A stretch of 10,674 nucleotides of DNA from a bacterium (GTDB taxonomy: Bacteria > BMS3Abin14), in assembly GCA_020349685.1 (NCBI GenBank), contig CP070698.1, forward strand, positions 1,585,077 through 1,595,750. Direction: 5' to 3'. Below, piece after piece: positions 6,731 to 10,674 of this stretch. The notes under the pieces are model-generated. The model did not search any database and was not told the origin of the DNA. It saw only the letters and a list, made by a program, of their open reading frames with translations. The first letter of the stretch is position 1; every line of letters starts with the position of its first letter. A program made the position numbers and the translations under genes.

Positions 6731-6756
6731 GAATCCAGAGTCTGGAGTCTGGATTC
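6731..6756. terminator. Hairpin between convergent genes; possible bidirectional terminator or pause site
   Basis: GAATCCAGA (6731-6739) / TCTGGATTC (6748-6756), built from inverted repeat units. No U-tract follows on the + strand. Confidence 0.35.
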
Positions 6757-6881
6757 CAGACACCAGACACCAGACACTAGAACTAGACACTAGAACCAGA
6801 CACTAGAACCAGACACTAGAACCAGACACCAGACACTAGAACCAGACACCAGACACTAGAACCAGACACTAGAACTAGACA
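6756..6881. repeat. 126-bp mixed heptamer/hexamer tandem array
   Basis: 19 contiguous units: 12 x C(C/T)AGACA and 7 x CTAGAA. The last unit supplies the TAG stop of the permease gene. Confidence 0.95.
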
Positions 6882-9211
6882 CTGTTTTCTTCCTCTTCTG
6901 TCTCCTTTTCCAGCACCTCTTCTCCTTCTGAGGTTTCCTCCCCCGTCTCCGTACCTTCCCCCTCCGGCACCCCCGGAACATCCTCCACCACGCGGTCGAT
7001 GTCGATCTCCCGAAGGGTGTTGACGAAGAGGATGCTGCCCAGTTCGTCGTACCCCTCGAAGATGCCGGCCCCTTCGTGCCGCAGCAGCTCCCCCCGGAAA
7101 CCGATGAGGACAAGGTCCGCGTCCCTCGATAGCTCGTTGATCCTGGCCCGGCCGTCTGCCCCGTGGGGGAGGGGAACGGTCTCGATGTTCCTGGTGGAGA
7201 TGGGGAGGCGCCCCTCCCGCACCATTTTGAGAAGCTCCTCCTTGCTCTCCTCCACCACCTCCTCCGGGAACATGGTGAAGATCCTGATGATTCCCCCCAT
7301 CCACTCGGGATGTCCCAGGATGATGTATCCGAGGAGGATCATGAGGTTGACGTTCTCGTAGTCGGCCGGCGTGATCCAGATGTGGATCTCGCCGTGGTAG
7401 CCGAAGCCCCTCTCGCTGGAAGCTAAAATGCACACGTCGAAGTCCGCCGCGACCGCCAGGCGGTAGTTCTCGATGATCTGTTCCACTTCCTCGGTTTCTC
7501 CCTTGGCGAACTCGAAGAGCACCAGGTTGTTCTCCTTGCCCGAGATGCTCGGCAGCTGCACGAGCTGGGATACAGCCGCGCCGTAAGATGGGCTGATGAC
7601 GGTGTCCACGTAGACGTTGCTCTCGCTGGCGCCCGCAAGGTGCAGGAGGCGCTGGAGGACGTCCCGGGACTCCTCGTTGGCTGCTCTCGAGAAATGCCCC
7701 TCGATGAAGTGGATGTAGGTGCCGAATCCATACCGGTGGGAGATCCAGCGCATGAGCTCGAAGGCCGAGAGGCGTTTGAAGGAATCCTTGGATATACACA
7801 CCACGGAGGGCCGCCATGTGGCCTCGGCCGACCTGTGGGCCTTCTGCAGGAAAACGTGCAGCTTGCGGCTCACCTGGAAGATGGCGCCCTGGAAGAGACT
7901 GGCAAGGCCCCTCTTCTCGGGGTGGATGCGGGCCACCGCCACATAGATGCTCACCATGAAGAGGATGGACAGGGAGGCGTAGGCGGGGCTCATCTCGAAC
8001 ATGAACCACACGCACGCCAGGGCCCCCACGAGGGAGATGTACCAGCGGGACCGGAAGGAGGGCCGGTAGGAGGGGTCGGCCGCAAAGTGCTCGAGGGTGG
8101 AGATGAGACAGATGGTTCCGTAGGTTACCATGAAGATCATGGAGATGATCCGGGCCACGAAATCCACGTCCCCTATTGTGACGAAGAAGAGGGCGATGGC
8201 CACGGTGACGAGGGTACCGTTGAAGGGCTCCCCTGTGTCCCCGCGTCCGAAGGACACCCACTTGTTGAACCGCGCGCCGGGGAAGATCCCGTCGTGACCC
8301 AGGGCCTGCAGGGTGCGGGGTCCTACCAGGATGGAGCCCAGCGCCGAGGAGAAGGTGGCGCACCCCAGCCCGATGGGGATGATGGGTCCCCACAGGGCGA
8401 TGCGGCTCATGATGAGCTGATCCGCGGCAAGGTCCGCAGGGCTCGCCGACACAGAGAGTTTCCAGGCGATGGCGAGGTAGACGACCATGCCCACGAGGGC
8501 CGCGGAGAGGGTTCCCAGCGGTATGGATCTCCTGGGCCGTTTCAGGTCGCCCGAAAGCCCCACACCGGCGGTGACGCCGGTAAAGGCCGGGAATATGATG
8601 GCGAACACCAGGAAGAAGGTGTCGGGCGAGGAGACATGTCCGGTCCACAGGTCCGCCGTCCCGGCAGGAGCGTACCCCGTGCTCCCCACGAAAAAGAGGA
8701 CCAGAGACACGAAAAGGGTGCCCACGACGAGGTAGAGGACGCGGACCCCCAGGTTGGCCCCCTTCGCCAGGACCAGGGCTCCAAGGATGAGGACACCGGG
8801 GATGCTGACCAGCCTCGGGTCGTTCAGGGCGTACCCGTAAACCTCGTTGAGGTAGGCGTAGACCGGACGGAAAGCCTCCGCGAAGGCGATGCTGTAAAAG
8901 GCGACGCTCACAGCCTCCGAAAAATAGAGGGCGACACCGATGGCCGCTCCCACGGTGATGCCGAAGGAGCGGGAGATGATGTAATAGGAACCGCCTCCTT
9001 CCACCTTCTGGTTGGTGGCGATCTCCGCGATGGCCATGGCAGTGGGGATGGTGACGATGTGCCCGAGAAGGATGATGACGAAGGTGCCCAGCAGCCCCAC
9101 GTGGGCCACGGAATACCCGAAGCGCAGGAACATGATGGCGCCGAGGATCGTGGAGATGGCGGTCATGAAGACAGGCGCCGTGCCGAGGCTTTTCCTTCTG
9201 GGTTTTTCCAT
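6875..9211 (-). CDS. APC-superfamily permease, prokaryotic cation-chloride cotransporter (SLC12/CCC)-like, 778 aa
   Basis: About 12 TM segments with CCC motifs ILGAIMFLR, AIATN..V.GGGSYYIISRSFG..VG.AIG, FPAFTG..AG..LSGDLK.P.RSIP.GTL, PRTLQAL..D, PSYRPSFR, and a cytoplasmic C-terminal domain starting WRP. GGGGAG SD upstream of ATG 9211. Acidic tail. Confidence 0.9.
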   Translation of the reverse strand: MEKPRRKSLGTAPVFMTAISTILGAIMFLRFGYSVAHVGLLGTFVIILLGHIVTIPTAMAIAEIATNQKVEGGGSYYIISRSFGITVGAAIGVALYFSEAVSVAFYSIAFAEAFRPVYAYLNEVYGYALNDPRLVSIPGVLILGALVLAKGANLGVRVLYLVVGTLFVSLVLFFVGSTGYAPAGTADLWTGHVSSPDTFFLVFAIIFPAFTGVTAGVGLSGDLKRPRRSIPLGTLSAALVGMVVYLAIAWKLSVSASPADLAADQLIMSRIALWGPIIPIGLGCATFSSALGSILVGPRTLQALGHDGIFPGARFNKWVSFGRGDTGEPFNGTLVTVAIALFFVTIGDVDFVARIISMIFMVTYGTICLISTLEHFAADPSYRPSFRSRWYISLVGALACVWFMFEMSPAYASLSILFMVSIYVAVARIHPEKRGLASLFQGAIFQVSRKLHVFLQKAHRSAEATWRPSVVCISKDSFKRLSAFELMRWISHRYGFGTYIHFIEGHFSRAANEESRDVLQRLLHLAGASESNVYVDTVISPSYGAAVSQLVQLPSISGKENNLVLFEFAKGETEEVEQIIENYRLAVAADFDVCILASSERGFGYHGEIHIWITPADYENVNLMILLGYIILGHPEWMGGIIRIFTMFPEEVVEESKEELLKMVREGRLPISTRNIETVPLPHGADGRARINELSRDADLVLIGFRGELLRHEGAGIFEGYDELGSILFVNTLREIDIDRVVEDVPGVPEGEGTETGEETSEGEEVLEKETEEEENSV

Positions 9212-9290
9212 GGATATCTCCCCAAAAGATGCAGAACACTTTCACAACATTAAACACCCGGCGAAGGGACTTGTCGAGGAAGGATAGTTT

Positions 9291-9318
9291 AAAGGTGAAA
9301 GGAAAAAGGGAAAAGGGG
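9291..9318. repeat. Heptamer repeat (AAAGGnn)x4
   Basis: AAAGGTG AAAGGAA AAAGGGA AAAGGGG; resembles the 1470-1504 array. Confidence 0.65.
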
Positions 9319-9328
9319 GGAAATGAAA

Positions 9329-9360
9329 GGGGCCCGCGGTCGCTGGTGATCGCGGGCCCC
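9329..9360. other. Strong GC-rich hairpin (REP-like or terminator-like)
   Basis: GGGGCCCGCGGTCG-CTGG-TGATCGCGGGCCCC, 14-bp stem including two G-U pairs on the + strand. Confidence 0.55.
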
Positions 9361-9435
9361 CTCTCGAAAAGTGGTGCCGTCTGCCGCATGACTGGTAGTC
9401 GAGTAAATGTTACATGAAAAGGAGGGGGAAGGGAA

Positions 9436-9484
9436 TATTCCGGATTCCGAGTTCTGGATTCCGGGTCGGTGCCCGGAATGACGG
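9436..9484. repeat. Heptamer run merging into a REP-like palindrome
   Basis: TATTCCG GATTCCG AGTTCTG GATTCCG, then ATTCCGGG (9458-9465) / CCCGGAAT (9472-9479) followed by GACGG. Confidence 0.6.
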
Positions 9485-9506
9485 CTTCCCCTTATCGTAG
9501 ACCTTC

Positions 9507-9537
9507 CTTTGCGTACCTCCGCGTACTCTGCGGTAAA
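9507..9537. repeat. Degenerate 9-10-mer repeat
   Basis: Minus strand reads TTTAC CGCAGAGTA CGCGGAGGTA CGCAAAG. Confidence 0.5.
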
Positions 9538-9559
9538 TAAACGACGCATTTACTTGAAT

Positions 9560-9582
9560 AAAAAAGGCGGCCAAAGGCCGCC
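9560..9582 (-). terminator. Rho-independent terminator of the MalY/PatB gene
   Basis: GGCGGCC-AAA-GGCCGCC (9566-9582) with A6 at 9560-9565 (U-tract on the minus strand), about 40 nt after the stop. Confidence 0.8.
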
Positions 9583-9589
9583 GTTCTCT

Positions 9590-9617
9590 TAATCCGGAAC
9601 CCTGAATCCGGAATCAT
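9590..9617. repeat. Degenerate heptamer repeat (4 units)
   Basis: TAATCCG GAACCCT GAATCCG GAATCAT. Confidence 0.55.
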
Positions 9618-9621
9618 GTGT

Positions 9622-10674
9622 CTAGCTTTTAAACGCCGCGACCAGCCTTTCCAGCGCATTCTCCAGCATGGACCGGGGACAGGCGAAGTTGAGCCTCATG
9701 TGAAGCTCCCCGCCGGGTCCGAAGGTGCGGCCGTGGTTCAGGGCGAGCCGGGCATCCTCCTGGACGCGGCGCACGATCTCATCCATGGATAAACCCGTTC
9801 CGGAAAAATCCAGCCAGGCCAGATAGGTTCCTTCCAGGGGCATGCTCGTCACACCCGGCATCTCCCTGTCCACGACCTCCATCACCCGGTCGTGGTTCCC
9901 CTTCAGGTAGGTCAGGAGTTCCTTCAGCCACGGCTCGCCGTGGTCGTAGGCCGCGGCCGCTGCCAGGGGACCGAAGCTGTTGGGCATGGTGATGCCGCAC
10001 CGGGCTGCCTGGAGCTTGAAGCGGCGGCTTAACGAACCATCGCCGATGATGACGTTTCCCGTCATGGTCCCGGCCAGGTTGAAGGTCTTGCTGGCGGAGG
10101 TGGTGGTGATGGTCCGGCGGGCGACCTCGGGTCCGAGGGAGGCCAGAACCGTATGGGTGTTCCCCTGGTAAACGAGGTCGTGGTGGATCTCGTCGGAAAC
10201 CATGAGGACACCGCGGGAAAGGCACAATTCGGCCAGCGCCGTCATCTCTTCCCTGTTCCTGACACGACCTCCCGGGTTGTGGGGGCTGCACAGGATGAGC
10301 AGGCGGGTCCGTTCGTCCATCTGCCGGGCGAGGCTGTCCAGGTCCATGATGTACCGTTCACCGGCTTTGGCAAGCCGGTTGTGGACCAGTTCGCAACGGT
10401 TGTTGGTGACGGCACCGAAGAAGGGGTAGTAGACAGGGGATTGGACCACCACCTTGTCGCCCGGCTCGCAGAAAGCCTGGACAATGAGGTTCACGGCGTT
10501 GACGATGCCGTGGGTCGTTGATATCCACTCCGGCTCGACTTTCCAGCCATGCCGGCGCTCCATCCACCGGATTATGGCGTCGTGGTGGAAGGCGGGACTG
10601 CCGAAATAGCCGTGGATGCCGTGGTCGGCGGCGCGCCTGATCGCCTCGTTGACCTGGGGAGGGGGGAGGAACTC
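9622..10674 (-). CDS. MalY/PatB family PLP-dependent enzyme (cystathionine beta-lyase / class I-II aminotransferase fold), 5' end outside the window
   Basis: The frame stays open upstream of ATG 10563 to the window edge (EFLPPPQVNEAIRRAADHGIHGYFG...AIIRWMERRHGW). Motifs PVYYPF, LCSPHNPGGRV, SDEIHHDL, PLP-lysine SASKTFNLAG, EGTYLAWLDF, RLNFACPR. Confidence 0.92.
   Translation of the reverse strand, partial: EFLPPPQVNEAIRRAADHGIHGYFGSPAFHHDAIIRWMERRHGWKVEPEWISTTHGIVNAVNLIVQAFCEPGDKVVVQSPVYYPFFGAVTNNRCELVHNRLAKAGERYIMDLDSLARQMDERTRLLILCSPHNPGGRVRNREEMTALAELCLSRGVLMVSDEIHHDLVYQGNTHTVLASLGPEVARRTITTTSASKTFNLAGTMTGNVIIGDGSLSRRFKLQAARCGITMPNSFGPLAAAAAYDHGEPWLKELLTYLKGNHDRVMEVVDREMPGVTSMPLEGTYLAWLDFSGTGLSMDEIVRRVQEDARLALNHGRTFGPGGELHMRLNFACPRSMLENALERLVAAFKS

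Noticed and set aside
6756-6881. Possible CRISPR array
   Set aside because: Contiguous 6-7 nt units with no unique spacers, and no cas genes in the window.
7640-9253. 537-aa + strand ORF, and similar antisense ORFs (425-904, 1739-2848, 2886-3860, 4331-5185, 5520-6386)
   Set aside because: Antisense shadows of well-supported genes, with no family motifs.
6816-9389. 857-aa minus-strand ORF overlapping the permease in another frame
   Set aside because: Arg/Pro/Gly/His-rich, no recognisable motifs, ends built from repeat DNA; a shadow ORF typical of high-GC3 genes.
9622-10674. MalY/PatB protein as the aminotransferase completing indolepyruvate -> Trp
   Set aside because: Opposite strand, separate transcription unit with its own terminator, and characterised family members are mainly C-S lyases. 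Only proximity supports the link.

Overview
GC-rich bacterial window, probably from an anaerobe. The core is a + strand four-gene operon: a LivJ/LivK-type ABC substrate-binding protein, indolepyruvate:ferredoxin oxidoreductase iorA and iorB, and a PaaK-like arylacetate-CoA ligase. It is flanked by a divergent MscS-family channel gene (partial, absent from the ORF track), a convergent SLC12/cation-chloride-cotransporter-like permease and a partial MalY/PatB PLP enzyme. The main observation is an unannotated 31-aa leader peptide (MTLFASFDTFILTNWSWWPSDRTPCEPGGQG, 1278-1373) with three clustered Trp codons. It is followed by plausible 1:2 and 2:3 pairings and a strong 3:4 intrinsic terminator (1400-1429), i.e. 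a candidate trpL-style attenuator upstream of an operon with no trp genes. If it controls the operon, expression would rise on Trp starvation, suggesting IOR runs anabolically (indole-3-acetate -> indoleacetyl-CoA -> indolepyruvate -> Trp). All four sizeable intergenic regions, and an IorA linker, also carry short degenerate heptamer tandem repeats; several REP/MITE-like palindromes are present. All structures were paired by eye; no folding or database search was run.
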